From positions 6,738 through 70,737 of IMG/VR virus record IMGVR_UViG_3300033148_002931: a DNA stretch of 64,000 nucleotides; one strand, 5' to 3'. A program made the translations under genes and the position numbers. Of the stretch, positions 32,001-42,219 are shown one piece after another (position 1 is the stretch's first letter; the number at the start of each line of letters is the position of its first letter). Below the pieces are notes generated by a model that worked only from the letters and a program-made list of their open reading frames with translations, did no database searches and was not told where the DNA came from. This DNA comes from a virus.

Positions 32001-33698
32001 ATGCCTAGAACAAAAAGAACAGCACCACGACCAACCAGAGATAAAGGTCAAAGAAGCCTTGATCTTCCTGAGAATGGTTATCTTTATCGTATTATTCCAG
32101 CATTATTGCAGCCCAATTGGTTTCAAGCTAAACGCTGGAGAAGTTTTGTATTAAATCAATCCATAGCAATAGTATGTAGAGAAACTCTAATTGCTCAAAT
32201 TTCTAGTATGGACTGGAAAGTAGATGCAGTTGATCCACAAATGCGGGATGAGTATAAAACAGATATTGATTATTATACAAAGTTTTTTAATAATAATCAA
32301 GATTATGATTTTATCGAGATGATTGAATGGATTGCTAAGGATTATTTAGACTTGCCTTTTGGCGGCGCTGCTGAGATTGGTAGAGAGGGGGATCGCCCAG
32401 ACGGCAAAGTATTATGGTTAGAATTACTAGACGGTGGAACATTATTCCCTAGTTATAGTAGAGAATGGCCTGTCGGGCAACGAGTTGAGAGTAATCCACT
32501 TGATACAGTTTGGTTTCCAAAACATGCAATAAATCGCATTTATATGTCACCTCGCACAGAGATAGATCGCAAAGGTTGGGGTATGGCCCCACCCGAAAAG
32601 ATATATCTTTCAATAGAATTACTCAATCGTGGTGATATATATTATGCAAATTTATTATTAGACACTCCTGAAGCCGGTATTCTTGATCTTGCTGATATGG
32701 ATAAGACATCAGCAGAAGAATGGGTAAAAGCATTTAGAAGTATGTTAGGCGGAATAGACCCATTAAAAGTTCCTATTTTATATGAACATGATAGTCCTGC
32801 TAAATGGATACCATTTGGTAGACCACCTACAGAGATGATGTTTGATAGAATAACAACAAAATATGCTTCTATTGTCGCTGGTGGTTATGGAATGTCCTTG
32901 TCAGATATTGGTATTCAGGCAGTAACAAGTGGTGGAGAAACATTAGCTGGTTCTATAAGACAAGAGCGTAGGTTAAAGAGAACTGGATTTAGTAGGCTGA
33001 AGAAGAAATTATCTTATTTTTTCAATAGATTATTGCCAGAACATTTGGTATTCAATTGGATTGATCTGGATGATGAGCTTGGAGTTTCTATTGGTAGAGC
33101 AAGATTAGCCACGTCTCAGGCTGGCAAGGAGCTTATTACACTTGGAGTATTTACTGCAAACGAGTGGCGGCAGCAAATGGTTGCGGATGGAATAATAACT
33201 ATACCCGTTCCTGACGAGATAGATCAATCCGAGGTATATAAGTTATCTTCTCCTGGATCAAATGGCAAAAGCCCAGATTTGCTTGGTAATCCTGTTGCCC
33301 CTAGTGCAGGTGGGCATGGTGAAATTAAGACTAAATTTGAAATGGCAGTCAATCAAAGTCTAGCTAATCTGGCTGATGCAATAGAAAGTGGAGAACCAGA
33401 TTTATTTGAATTTGATATTAATTTTGATGAATTAGCTGAGGAATGGAATTATTTAGTTGCTGAAGAATATAGAGAAGAATTTAGAAGAAGAATAAAAGAG
33501 GAGTTTGATACAATATGGCCCAATAAGTTTCTGTCTAGTGCAAAAGATTTGAATAAATACATAAGTTTAGGCAGAGTAGGATATGGATATGTAGCAGATG
33601 AACTAAAAAATGTAGGTTATAATATAGTAGAAGATTTTAGTTATAATATATCAAATATTGTAAAGGAGATTAAGAATGGCAATGACAGGAAAAACTAA
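32001..33698 (+). CDS. Portal protein
   Basis: Follows TerL; 565 aa; GWGMAPPE, P.GIL, TANEWR. Confidence 0.85.
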   Translation: MPRTKRTAPRPTRDKGQRSLDLPENGYLYRIIPALLQPNWFQAKRWRSFVLNQSIAIVCRETLIAQISSMDWKVDAVDPQMRDEYKTDIDYYTKFFNNNQDYDFIEMIEWIAKDYLDLPFGGAAEIGREGDRPDGKVLWLELLDGGTLFPSYSREWPVGQRVESNPLDTVWFPKHAINRIYMSPRTEIDRKGWGMAPPEKIYLSIELLNRGDIYYANLLLDTPEAGILDLADMDKTSAEEWVKAFRSMLGGIDPLKVPILYEHDSPAKWIPFGRPPTEMMFDRITTKYASIVAGGYGMSLSDIGIQAVTSGGETLAGSIRQERRLKRTGFSRLKKKLSYFFNRLLPEHLVFNWIDLDDELGVSIGRARLATSQAGKELITLGVFTANEWRQQMVADGIITIPVPDEIDQSEVYKLSSPGSNGKSPDLLGNPVAPSAGGHGEIKTKFEMAVNQSLANLADAIESGEPDLFEFDINFDELAEEWNYLVAEEYREEFRRRIKEEFDTIWPNKFLSSAKDLNKYISLGRVGYGYVADELKNVGYNIVEDFSYNISNIVKEIKNGNDRKN

Positions 33699-34285
33699 AA
33701 CAAAAATAACTGATGATAATGGAAAAGAACCAATGGAAGAAAGCACTGATGTGTTAGATGAATTAAGTGCTAGTCAGCCAGTAATATTAGCGAAGCAGTT
33801 TGTTCGCGGAATATCTAAGCAGAACATTACAAATCCGGATATGAATATTTGGCGCGTAGAAGAAGTGGATGCATATATTAATCATTGGATGGAATTAGGA
33901 TATAGGTTAGTAGGCCCTCCCTCATTTATGGGAGAGATACCTGATGGTGCTTATATGATGTTCTATACAATGGTTAAAGATGTATGAATTAATAGTTTAT
34001 GTACTTATTGGTAGATTATTGGTATACCTTGCTCAGAGTTTCCCGTTCCAAGATGTATATTTTATTGGTGAATGGTTTGAGGAAGGGAGGTTCTTGGGCA
34101 AGTTGGTTACGTGTGACTTATGTATAGGTGTATGGATATACTTTTTTCTAGCAATAAGTTGTAGATACAGTATATTTGGAAATAATATATTAGGACAATT
34201 TCTTACTGGAGCAAGTGCCTCATTTATAATGCACATTTTTGCAATTGGATGGCAAATCAAGTTTGGAATAGTAGAGATAAAATAA
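33676..34285 (+). other. Two CDSs: 33676-33987 hypothetical; 33980-34285 membrane protein with a CxxC.G.W motif (DUF1360-like)
   Basis: ORF track; LVTCDLCIGVW. Confidence 0.5.
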
Positions 34286-34286
34286 C

Positions 34287-35798
34287 ATGCCTTATAAAGA
34301 TAATAGTGGATTACCTAAAAACGTAAAGAGCTTGCCACAAGAAGCACAAACAATGTGGCGGAAAATATTCAATTCCGCTTATGCAGGTACATGTAAGGGT
34401 AGGGATGATAAAGATGCTTGTGCCGCGAAGATAGCCTGGAGTCAAGTTAGTAAGAAGTACAAGAAAGAGAAAAGTAATCTTACTGAGTTTTCTCTTTTAA
34501 TTAATGCTGCTACTCACAATAAAAAAGCAGATACATTACGTTGGAAAGCTAGCGCTTCTGATGTTCAAGATGACTTGTATGAAGATAATATGACTGCCGA
34601 GTTATTTAGCGACTTTATAAATAGAATTGATAAAAATGAGGCCGTGCCAGAATTTTATCAAAGCGATTACTGGAAAGGCGGTATGCCTTATCTATCTGTA
34701 TCACATTATTTAGATCAAGGCGGTAAGGCTGTACCAGGGCCAATAGACAAAGTTTATGTTGATGGTAATTATCTAAAAGCTACTGGGGAGTTTGATAAGA
34801 CACCATTAGGTTTGGCTTGTTATCATGCAATATGTGAAGATTTATATGCGGAAAAAGTAGAAAATAAGAATCCAATTCGGATTAGTATAGGATTTCTGGA
34901 TTGGAAACATAGACATAAAGATGATGGAACAGTTTTTGATAGAGAAAATTCTGATGATTATTGTCCTAAATGCTTTTTAGAGGAAATGACTGGTAAACAT
35001 TCTAGCAAAGAATACTTGCGTGGTCAACTTGTTCACTTAGCTCTAACAAGAGTACCAGTTAATGAAAGAACGAAAATGGAGGTAAAAAGGTCTATGACTA
35101 CAAGAAAAGAAGATGCCGCTTCCATCATTGGTGAAGAATTGACTGATGAGTTGGAGCAAGAAAATTTAGGAGAACCGGTGGCTGACAAGCAAAAGGCGTT
35201 AGTTGAAATGTCTGATACAAAAGATAAGGAGAAAGAAAAAGTTGTTGAAGATGTTGAAATTAAATCTGATGTTGCTGAAGTAGAACCAGATAAAATTGAC
35301 GTTTTATCTACTAAATTTGATAAGTTTGTAGAGAGTTTCTCTAATACAGATGCAATACATCCTTTAGACGAGGTATTAGATGAGTTCAAATCAAACTATG
35401 ATAAAATAGTAAAGGCGGATTTGACTGCCGAGGAAAAGTTACAAAGTTTGCAACCTTCGTTAGATAGTATTGCAAATATAACTGTAAAGAACATTCAAGA
35501 TGAATTGGTTGATCCAGAAGTGAAAGAATCTGTTGTGCAAGCTGATATAATTACTAAGGCTTTGGTTGAAGTTATGAGACCATTAATGAGCAAATTAGAT
35601 TTGGTTTTGGATCAAACTACACAGAAAGCCAACACGGAAGTGCCTGTTCGTAGGTCTATTCAAGCTATAGATGAGCTTCGCGGAGTAATACCTACAGAGC
35701 GGGTGAGCGCGGAATCAAAAGTTACACAGTCTAATACACCCAAGTTGCGAGCAATGATTGAACAATCAGTTGGCATACAGCCTGGACGTATTGGATAA
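34287..35798 (+). CDS. ChaB domain + prohead protease/scaffold
   Basis: N-terminal MPY...LP..VK.LP..AQ.MWRKIFN..AW..V (ChaB); ISIGF, HLALTRVPVN; coiled-coil C-terminus; precedes the capsid gene. Confidence 0.75.
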   Translation: MPYKDNSGLPKNVKSLPQEAQTMWRKIFNSAYAGTCKGRDDKDACAAKIAWSQVSKKYKKEKSNLTEFSLLINAATHNKKADTLRWKASASDVQDDLYEDNMTAELFSDFINRIDKNEAVPEFYQSDYWKGGMPYLSVSHYLDQGGKAVPGPIDKVYVDGNYLKATGEFDKTPLGLACYHAICEDLYAEKVENKNPIRISIGFLDWKHRHKDDGTVFDRENSDDYCPKCFLEEMTGKHSSKEYLRGQLVHLALTRVPVNERTKMEVKRSMTTRKEDAASIIGEELTDELEQENLGEPVADKQKALVEMSDTKDKEKEKVVEDVEIKSDVAEVEPDKIDVLSTKFDKFVESFSNTDAIHPLDEVLDEFKSNYDKIVKADLTAEEKLQSLQPSLDSIANITVKNIQDELVDPEVKESVVQADIITKALVEVMRPLMSKLDLVLDQTTQKANTEVPVRRSIQAIDELRGVIPTERVSAESKVTQSNTPKLRAMIEQSVGIQPGRIG

Positions 35799-35871
35799 AG
35801 AAAACAGCAACTCCGGTTAAACCATTATAGGTGTCGGATATAACAATTATTGGTAAATATTGGAGGTAATT

Positions 35872-37074
35872 ATGTCCGATTTATCGGGTGAAAAAGTATT
35901 AAATCTTGGTGCAGACGCGCAAAAAGAGAAATCTTTTATTGCATCTACTGAGGCGGGAGTTGTAACACGCGCGACTGATCCAGTTATTAGTCCAACTTAC
36001 AGCACTCCAGGTGACTTTGCCGCTCAATATCCTCAACCATTAGACCCAACTGAAATTTTGGCGATGTGTGATGAGATTACTCTTTATCGACACATTCCAG
36101 AATTACGAACTGGTTTGAAACAGGATATGTGGCGTGAAATGGATGAGCTAGACTTTACTTCTGGCTCTACTTATATTGCTTTTGCGGATGGTTATTGCCC
36201 AGAAGAATATGAGCACGATGGTGACAATATTACTATTACATTAAAGAATCTTGGTACTAAGAAATCTTTAGGCATTTCTGATCTAATGCACTCATCTTCT
36301 GTGGCAATGGGTTATGGTGATGCTATCAACGCTCTCAATCCTGGTTTTCCTTCTAGTGAGGGATTACCTGGTGGGCTAGATATGGCGGCTTTCCAACGTC
36401 AAACAATAGCAGACTTGAAAGAGAAAGAAGTAACCCTCGGAATGGCATTGACGCTGAACGGTTTAGATGATATGTTAATCAATGGTGATACCAATACTAA
36501 CTCTTTGGAGTTTGATGGTATAGAATATTGGGCAGCCAATCAATCTTGTACCATGCACACTAATAGTAATACCGCATCTGGTACTTTCTCTGCAAGCAGT
36601 TTCGATCGTTTCTTAGCAGAAAGTTGTGCTAAGGCACAGGAAGTTTGGGGACATCCTCAGGCTATTCAGGAAATGATGGCGGGCTATTTCCAGCTTGGTT
36701 ATGCCGGTAGCCAGATAGTTAATCATGCGAGTGGTAATCGTCTTACTCCAGGGTTCAACTTTGGCGGAGAGGTCAATACTGGAGTTGGTGCTCTCAAGGT
36801 GGTTGCAGATAACAACTTTGCAAGAGTAGATATTGGAGGTGGGGGCTTCCAGGCATCTCTGTGGACATTGAGAACTACACATAATGGGCAGCCATTAGTA
36901 TATCGTAGAACACAGATACCACTGAGTATGAAAGACCTTGTTCCTGGTTGTACTGCAATTAGTTTTGAGATTTGGACTAAGACAGCCCTTATTATCAAGG
37001 CTTGTTGTGCACAAGGACAATATACTTCTCAGTTTACTGGAAGGATAGTCTCGACCTGCGCTACAATTGGGTAA
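35872..37074 (+). CDS. Major capsid protein
   Basis: Position; GGAGG RBS; LINGD...EFDG motif. Confidence 0.8.
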   Translation: MSDLSGEKVLNLGADAQKEKSFIASTEAGVVTRATDPVISPTYSTPGDFAAQYPQPLDPTEILAMCDEITLYRHIPELRTGLKQDMWREMDELDFTSGSTYIAFADGYCPEEYEHDGDNITITLKNLGTKKSLGISDLMHSSSVAMGYGDAINALNPGFPSSEGLPGGLDMAAFQRQTIADLKEKEVTLGMALTLNGLDDMLINGDTNTNSLEFDGIEYWAANQSCTMHTNSNTASGTFSASSFDRFLAESCAKAQEVWGHPQAIQEMMAGYFQLGYAGSQIVNHASGNRLTPGFNFGGEVNTGVGALKVVADNNFARVDIGGGGFQASLWTLRTTHNGQPLVYRRTQIPLSMKDLVPGCTAISFEIWTKTALIIKACCAQGQYTSQFTGRIVSTCATIG

Positions 37075-37082
37075 ATAAATAA

Positions 37083-37114
37083 TGTAGCTGGCATTTGATT
37101 AAATGCCAGCTACA
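37083..37114 (+). terminator. Hairpin after the capsid gene
   Basis: TGTAGCTGGCATTT-GATT-AAATGCCAGCTACA; no clear U-tract. Confidence 0.55.
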
Positions 37115-37129
37115 AATAAGAGGTAACAA

Positions 37130-37777
37130 ATGACAATAAGAGAACAGTATTCTGAAACTGAAAGTCTTAACCGTTTATTAAAAACCCTAAAAGGCAGTGC
37201 ACCAACAGAGGACGCACCCGGCACTTTGACTGGCGAAATTCTGGCTTCAAATATAGTTTGGTCAGATATAGCAGAAATATTTGCAGGATCATTACCTGGT
37301 GAACAGCTTTATTTCCCTGACTATATGCGTATGAGATATGGTCAAATATATATGTCTACTGCTACTGGTACTTCTCAGGCGTTTGCTTCGGGCACATGGG
37401 AAGCTGTTGAGGGTTTTCAAGCGGCAGTTGGTAGTTGTTCTTATATAACCGGTGATTATGCTAATAACAGGTTATTTGTAACAAAATCTGGTACTTACCT
37501 GGCTAATTTTGGTGTTACTTATGATGCTGTTACTGGTACTGCCAATGTTATAGAATGGCAACTAACGGTTGAAGGAACACAGCAAGCAAATATGGCAACT
37601 AGAAATACATTGCTTTATACTACTGATTGTATTCTATATGCTGGTGCAGAAGGATTTGTAACGATTGATGCTGGAACAACTGGCGTATCTGTTGAAGTGG
37701 ATGCCCGTTTATTGACAGAAGATAGAACATTACATACTTACGAGGCACAACTTAATCTAGTAAAAATTAGCAATTAG
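37130..37777 (+). CDS. Head decoration/fibre-like protein (BclA/C1q-like beta C-terminus)
   Basis: VTKSGTYLANF jelly-roll pattern; follows the capsid gene. Confidence 0.5.
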   Translation: MTIREQYSETESLNRLLKTLKGSAPTEDAPGTLTGEILASNIVWSDIAEIFAGSLPGEQLYFPDYMRMRYGQIYMSTATGTSQAFASGTWEAVEGFQAAVGSCSYITGDYANNRLFVTKSGTYLANFGVTYDAVTGTANVIEWQLTVEGTQQANMATRNTLLYTTDCILYAGAEGFVTIDAGTTGVSVEVDARLLTEDRTLHTYEAQLNLVKISN

Positions 37778-37780
37778 TCC

Positions 37781-37808
37781 TTGACAAATAAGTAATAATG
37801 ATTATAAT
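37781..37808 (+). promoter_or_regulatory. Sigma70 promoter
   Basis: TTGACA-16nt-TATAAT. Confidence 0.75.
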
Positions 37809-37902
37809 ATAGGTAGGGTATTTCATGTTTCCCTCCTTTCTTGGCGAAGCCCTATCTTATTGTCTGCCCTGACTTTGAGATAGGGCTGAAATTTAATAAA
37901 TA

Positions 37903-38190
37903 ATGGAGAAAATAATGATAGAAACAACGGATATGTACCTTGCGGCTGCTCTTTTGGCTTATGGCGGGAACTATCAAGGTACTGACAAGAGTGATATAAA
38001 AAGACAAAAGTTCTTATTTGATGATGATATAGGGGTAGAGAAAGTATTTATAATGCTTGATAATCAAGTAGCCGCGCAATATGACCCTACTTTTGAAGAA
38101 ATAGAAAATCTCTCTGATTCATTTAAGTTAGTGTATCCACCCAATTATCCACAAGCATTAAAGAGAATAAAAACAATAATTCATAAATGA
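37903..38190 (+). CDS. DUF5659-like protein
   Basis: ETTDMYLAAALLAYG...KFLF. Confidence 0.55.
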   Translation: MEKIMIETTDMYLAAALLAYGGNYQGTDKSDIKRQKFLFDDDIGVEKVFIMLDNQVAAQYDPTFEEIENLSDSFKLVYPPNYPQALKRIKTIIHK

Positions 38191-38432
38191 TAAGTGTTAA
38201 TAATAAGACAGCAATAAAATATTTCCAAACTATTCCACATACAGTTAAGATGGGCAATAATCATTATACTTTTGTAGTGCAGGCGAATATTTGTCTTTGC
38301 TGGGTAGACAATTGGAATGTAGAAAGAATATTGAGTAAAACAAAATCTTGTTGTGGTGGTAATAAGAATAGAGTATATCGTCTAGCAAATGAATCAGATG
38401 TTAGACGTTGGACTAATAAAGGTGGTAGATAA
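38187..38432 (+). CDS. Small protein with SCCGG motif
   Basis: Resembles 57353-57622. Confidence 0.55.
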   Translation: MISVNNKTAIKYFQTIPHTVKMGNNHYTFVVQANICLCWVDNWNVERILSKTKSCCGGNKNRVYRLANESDVRRWTNKGGR

Positions 38433-38497
38433 TGAATATTAAAAATATGGTAAAATAAATTATTGGTTAATCAATTTGAAAATAAGGAGAAAAAGAG

Positions 38498-38797
38498 ATG
38501 ACTGTTGAAATTTTGACTGGATATGCCGCAGCTACACTATCACTATTGGTTGCGTATGTCCCTGGACTGAATACTTGGTTTGAGGGATTAAGCGGAATAT
38601 ACAAACGTCTTGTTATGCTGGTCTTGTTATTTATAGTGTCATTGGGAGCACTAGGAATTGCTTGCACTGGAAATGCAGATGTGTTTGGACTTACGACTAT
38701 ATGTGATTATAATGGTATGGTTGCGCTAGCGCGAGTATTCGCGACTGCTGTAATTGCTAATCAGGCAACATTCTTGATAACACCCAAGAAACATTAA
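38498..38797 (+). CDS. Probable holin
   Basis: Three hydrophobic segments, basic C-terminus, ANQAT motif. Confidence 0.6.
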   Translation: MTVEILTGYAAATLSLLVAYVPGLNTWFEGLSGIYKRLVMLVLLFIVSLGALGIACTGNADVFGLTTICDYNGMVALARVFATAVIANQATFLITPKKH

Positions 38798-39017
38798 TCT
38801 AACGTTAATGTTAGAGAGCAAAATTTAGGATATAATTAGTCTAGGTATAACTATGTACCTAGACTAATTAGTTTATAAAGGAGAATGAAAATGAATGATT
38901 GGATTACTACTGTTATAATAGCACTTTTTATAGCGGCGATAGGCGCGGCCGGAATCGCAATGGTAATTTTGTTGGTTGGTTCTTGTATGATAAAGTTTTT
39001 GGGCTAATTATTTATAG

Positions 39018-40084
39018 GTGAGAATGAAAATGAATAATGAGGTTGATGATGAGACTGAACGATTTCAAAGTGCCTTAGAGCAATTTGTTGACGATATTTA
39101 TAATCTAATGCAGAGGCATGAAACTATTTTATTGAAGTCGGAGCGGAAATTTATTGATAGTCCACTCAAAATTGATGATAAATATTTCAGGGAATTATTT
39201 GACGTTTGGAGTGAGTGGTATGCTACGAGATGTAAATATACCGCGAGAAAACTTTGCGCAAAGGAGAATGAAGATGAAAAATGATTTTGTTGATTTGGCT
39301 ATGATTGTATTTATGGTGGTTTTAATTATAGTGGCAATTTTAATGATTGTTTCCTGTATAATAAATGCAAATATTTCTTCGGCAGATTATAGTTTTTGTG
39401 TAGAACAAGGATATACTGGAATTATGGAAGTAGATAGAACTACATATTGCTATCGAAGTGATGGTGTTGAATTAATAAATATAGAAGAATTGAGAAAGAA
39501 ATAATTGGATAAAATATGAAAACGGTTAGAGAAGAATTAACTAGATTAGGATTTGATTGGAATAAAGGAATAATTATTTATCAAAAAGTTATTAATGATA
39601 ATAATAAATTCCGCCGATATATAAAGTCTGCTAAAGGTAAAGTAATTAGTTCTTTTCATCCAATATTAGATACAAAATATGATTCGAGTCTTAGTGGGTA
39701 TGATGCTCCTCGAATAATTGCAAAAGATAAGCATTATATTTATTTTTTGTGTATATATGATGGAGCAACCTGGTTTGAAAAGATTGCCATTAATATTGAA
39801 AAAGAATATATTAATAATCTAATGCCATGTGCAGGATTGAGAGTAGATAAAATATGAAAATGAGCAACAGTGAATTTATTGAGCGGGTACTTATAGTGCT
39901 TTTAATATTAGGCTTAATTATTAGAATGAGTTCTTGTATGGTAAATGTAGTTAATTCAAAAATAAATTATAATTTTTGTGTAGAGCAAGGATATACTGGA
40001 AGTGTAGAAATAAATAAGATTGTCTATTGTTATCAAAACAATAATATGAAAATAATAAATATTGAGGAATTGAGAAAGAAATAA
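39018..40084 (+). other. Small CDSs: 39018-39284; 39268-39504 and 39854-40084 (paralogous membrane-anchored proteins); 39516-39857 (paralog of 10117)
   Basis: FCVEQGYTG...INIEELRKK shared; 36-bp identical repeat at 39487 and 40067. Confidence 0.6.
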
Positions 40085-40095
40085 TTGGATAAAAT

Positions 40096-40950
40096 ATGAA
40101 AATTGCAGTTACAGGTTGGAAGGGAAGATTGGGAAGTCAATTAGTAGACAATGATTGTTATATTCTTGATGTAGATATAACTGATAAAGCAGATGTTTAT
40201 TCTAAAATAAAGTTATTAGCGCCAGATGTTGTAATCAATTGTGCCGCTATTACTGATGTAGATGGTTGCGAAAGTGAAGATGGTTATACAAAAGCATTAG
40301 ACGTAAATTATTTAGCAGTAGAGAATGTGCGTTGCGCTTGTAAGGAATACGATAGCAATTTAATTCAAATAAGTACAGATTATATATTTGGTAGTAATAA
40401 TGGCGCATATTCCGAGAAGAACAGACCATTAGCACAAAGTAATGGTGAACCAGTAAATAATTATGGATGGAGCAAATTGGGTGGTGAGGATGTATTATTA
40501 ACTACAAATATTTATAATAATTTGATAGTACGTACTACTGGTTTATATGGCAATCCGGATAAACATGATTTTCTTCAATTAATACAAGAAACTGTGGGGG
40601 AAGGGAAAGAACTCAAAGTAACAAAAGAATTAATTGGAAATCAAACATATATTCCTCATTTAGCAAAGGCATTAATTTATGTTACTAACAATATTGAAAT
40701 TATACGCAATAATAAAGTTTTGAATATTGCATCCGAAGATATAATTAGTAGATATGAATTTGCTCTTGCTATTGCCGATATATTTGGATATAATAAAGAA
40801 TTGATTATTCCGTGTCTCAATAGTGAAATAGTAGAATGGAAAGCTAAGAGACCAAAAAAAGCAGGGCTAAAGACTTCTCTAGCAAAGAAATTAGGTGTGC
40901 CAATTTATACTATTGCAGAAGGGCTAAAAGAGTGTCGGAAAATAATATAG
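40096..40950 (+). CDS. rmlD: RmlD-like NDP-4-keto-sugar reductase (SDR)
   Basis: VTGWKGRLG, NCAAITDVDGCE, ISTDYIF, YGWSK. Confidence 0.85.
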   Translation: MKIAVTGWKGRLGSQLVDNDCYILDVDITDKADVYSKIKLLAPDVVINCAAITDVDGCESEDGYTKALDVNYLAVENVRCACKEYDSNLIQISTDYIFGSNNGAYSEKNRPLAQSNGEPVNNYGWSKLGGEDVLLTTNIYNNLIVRTTGLYGNPDKHDFLQLIQETVGEGKELKVTKELIGNQTYIPHLAKALIYVTNNIEIIRNNKVLNIASEDIISRYEFALAIADIFGYNKELIIPCLNSEIVEWKAKRPKKAGLKTSLAKKLGVPIYTIAEGLKECRKII

Positions 40951-41171
40951 AAACTTATATACAAGTGAGCGCTTGGGCGATGGATTTTTGGTATGCTTTT
41001 TTGGATCGTCCAAAATTTCTTAGGTGGATTGCTAAAATAGCTATGGGTAAATATGCTTATAGAGAATTATATGAGATAAAAGTTTGTTTTGAAAATGTTG
41101 ATCTTTTGCCTAATATTGGGTATTCTCTTAAACATATGGATTACCACAAAGATAAGGTGGATTTAGGATGA
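40932..41171 (+). CDS. Hypothetical protein
   Basis: ORF coupled to its neighbours. Confidence 0.45.
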   Translation: MSENNIETYIQVSAWAMDFWYAFLDRPKFLRWIAKIAMGKYAYRELYEIKVCFENVDLLPNIGYSLKHMDYHKDKVDLG

Positions 41172-41881
41172 AAGTTAGTATCATAATACCGTTTTATAAC
41201 TTATGGAATATGACTCATCAGAGATTGATGGAATTATTCAAATATGTTCCTGAACCATTAGAAATTGTATTAGTAGACGATTGCTCTACTGATTTGGATT
41301 GCAAGTCCGGCATGGCTTGGTGGCAAAAATCTCCTATTCAGCATGATGTAAAGTATGTATGGAACAAAGAGAACATTGGATTTGGTGGTTCTAATAATAG
41401 AGGGGCAAAGGCGGCTACTGGTGATATATTGATATTCCTCTCAAATGATGTTGTTATCAGTGGAGACTTTGTTCCTCGGATTGTGCAAATACTTCAAGAA
41501 AACAAAGATGTTATAATAGGAGGGCGAATAATTTATTGGGATAGTGGTTGGAACACTTTAGATATATACGGAAACAAAACCATTATCATGTATCCTGAAG
41601 GATGGTTAATTGCTTGTACTAAAGAAATGTGGAATAGAATTGGTGGTTTCGACAGGATATATGGCAAATTTGATGCAGAGGATATAGATATTGGCGCTTG
41701 GGCTGTTTATAATGATATTCCATTAATTGATTTAGAATCTCCATATTTGAATCATATATCTGGGCAAACTATTTATAAGATTTATCCTGATAGAATGGAT
41801 TATACTAAACGAAACATTATAGCCTTGAAGCAAAAGTGGACATCATTGTTAGAGGAGAAATTTGTCGATGACACTAAATGA
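41168..41881 (+). CDS. GT2 glycosyltransferase
   Basis: SIIIPFYN, VDDCSTD, NIGFGGSNNRG, FLSND, EDID. Confidence 0.9.
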   Translation: MKVSIIIPFYNLWNMTHQRLMELFKYVPEPLEIVLVDDCSTDLDCKSGMAWWQKSPIQHDVKYVWNKENIGFGGSNNRGAKAATGDILIFLSNDVVISGDFVPRIVQILQENKDVIIGGRIIYWDSGWNTLDIYGNKTIIMYPEGWLIACTKEMWNRIGGFDRIYGKFDAEDIDIGAWAVYNDIPLIDLESPYLNHISGQTIYKIYPDRMDYTKRNIIALKQKWTSLLEEKFVDDTK

Positions 41882-42212
41882 GGAAACTAAATTTGCAAAA
41901 GAAATAGGGGCAATGCAATCAACTCTTACTATACAAACTAAAGCGATTAATCAATTATCACTAGATTTGAAAGAATATATTAAAAATCAATCTGAATTTG
42001 CTCAGGAATGTGCTAGAGCACATTATAGAATTAGTACCCATGATAAACAATTAGATACCCTTACTATATGGGCTAGGGGTATAGATAAAATAATACCTTC
42101 GTTAGTATCTACTAATAAGATATTGATATTTATTGGTAGTGGATTAGGGCTTTCTATCATAGGATTGATTTGGGCATTAATTACTGGACAAATAACATTA
42201 GTATTTTCTTAG
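41862..42212 (+). CDS. Coiled-coil protein with C-terminal TM helix (XhlA/holin-like)
   Basis: Heptad N-terminal region and hydrophobic C-terminus. Confidence 0.45.
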   Translation: MSMTLNEETKFAKEIGAMQSTLTIQTKAINQLSLDLKEYIKNQSEFAQECARAHYRISTHDKQLDTLTIWARGIDKIIPSLVSTNKILIFIGSGLGLSIIGLIWALITGQITLVFS

Positions 42213-42219
42213 GAAAATA

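Noticed and set aside
34287-34490. ChaB fusion to the prohead protease as a novelty
   Set aside because: ChaB domains in phage head-morphogenesis genes are already known
39393-40102. Diversity-generating retroelement TR/VR pair
   Set aside because: Differences between the copies are not adenine-specific and no reverse transcriptase is in the window
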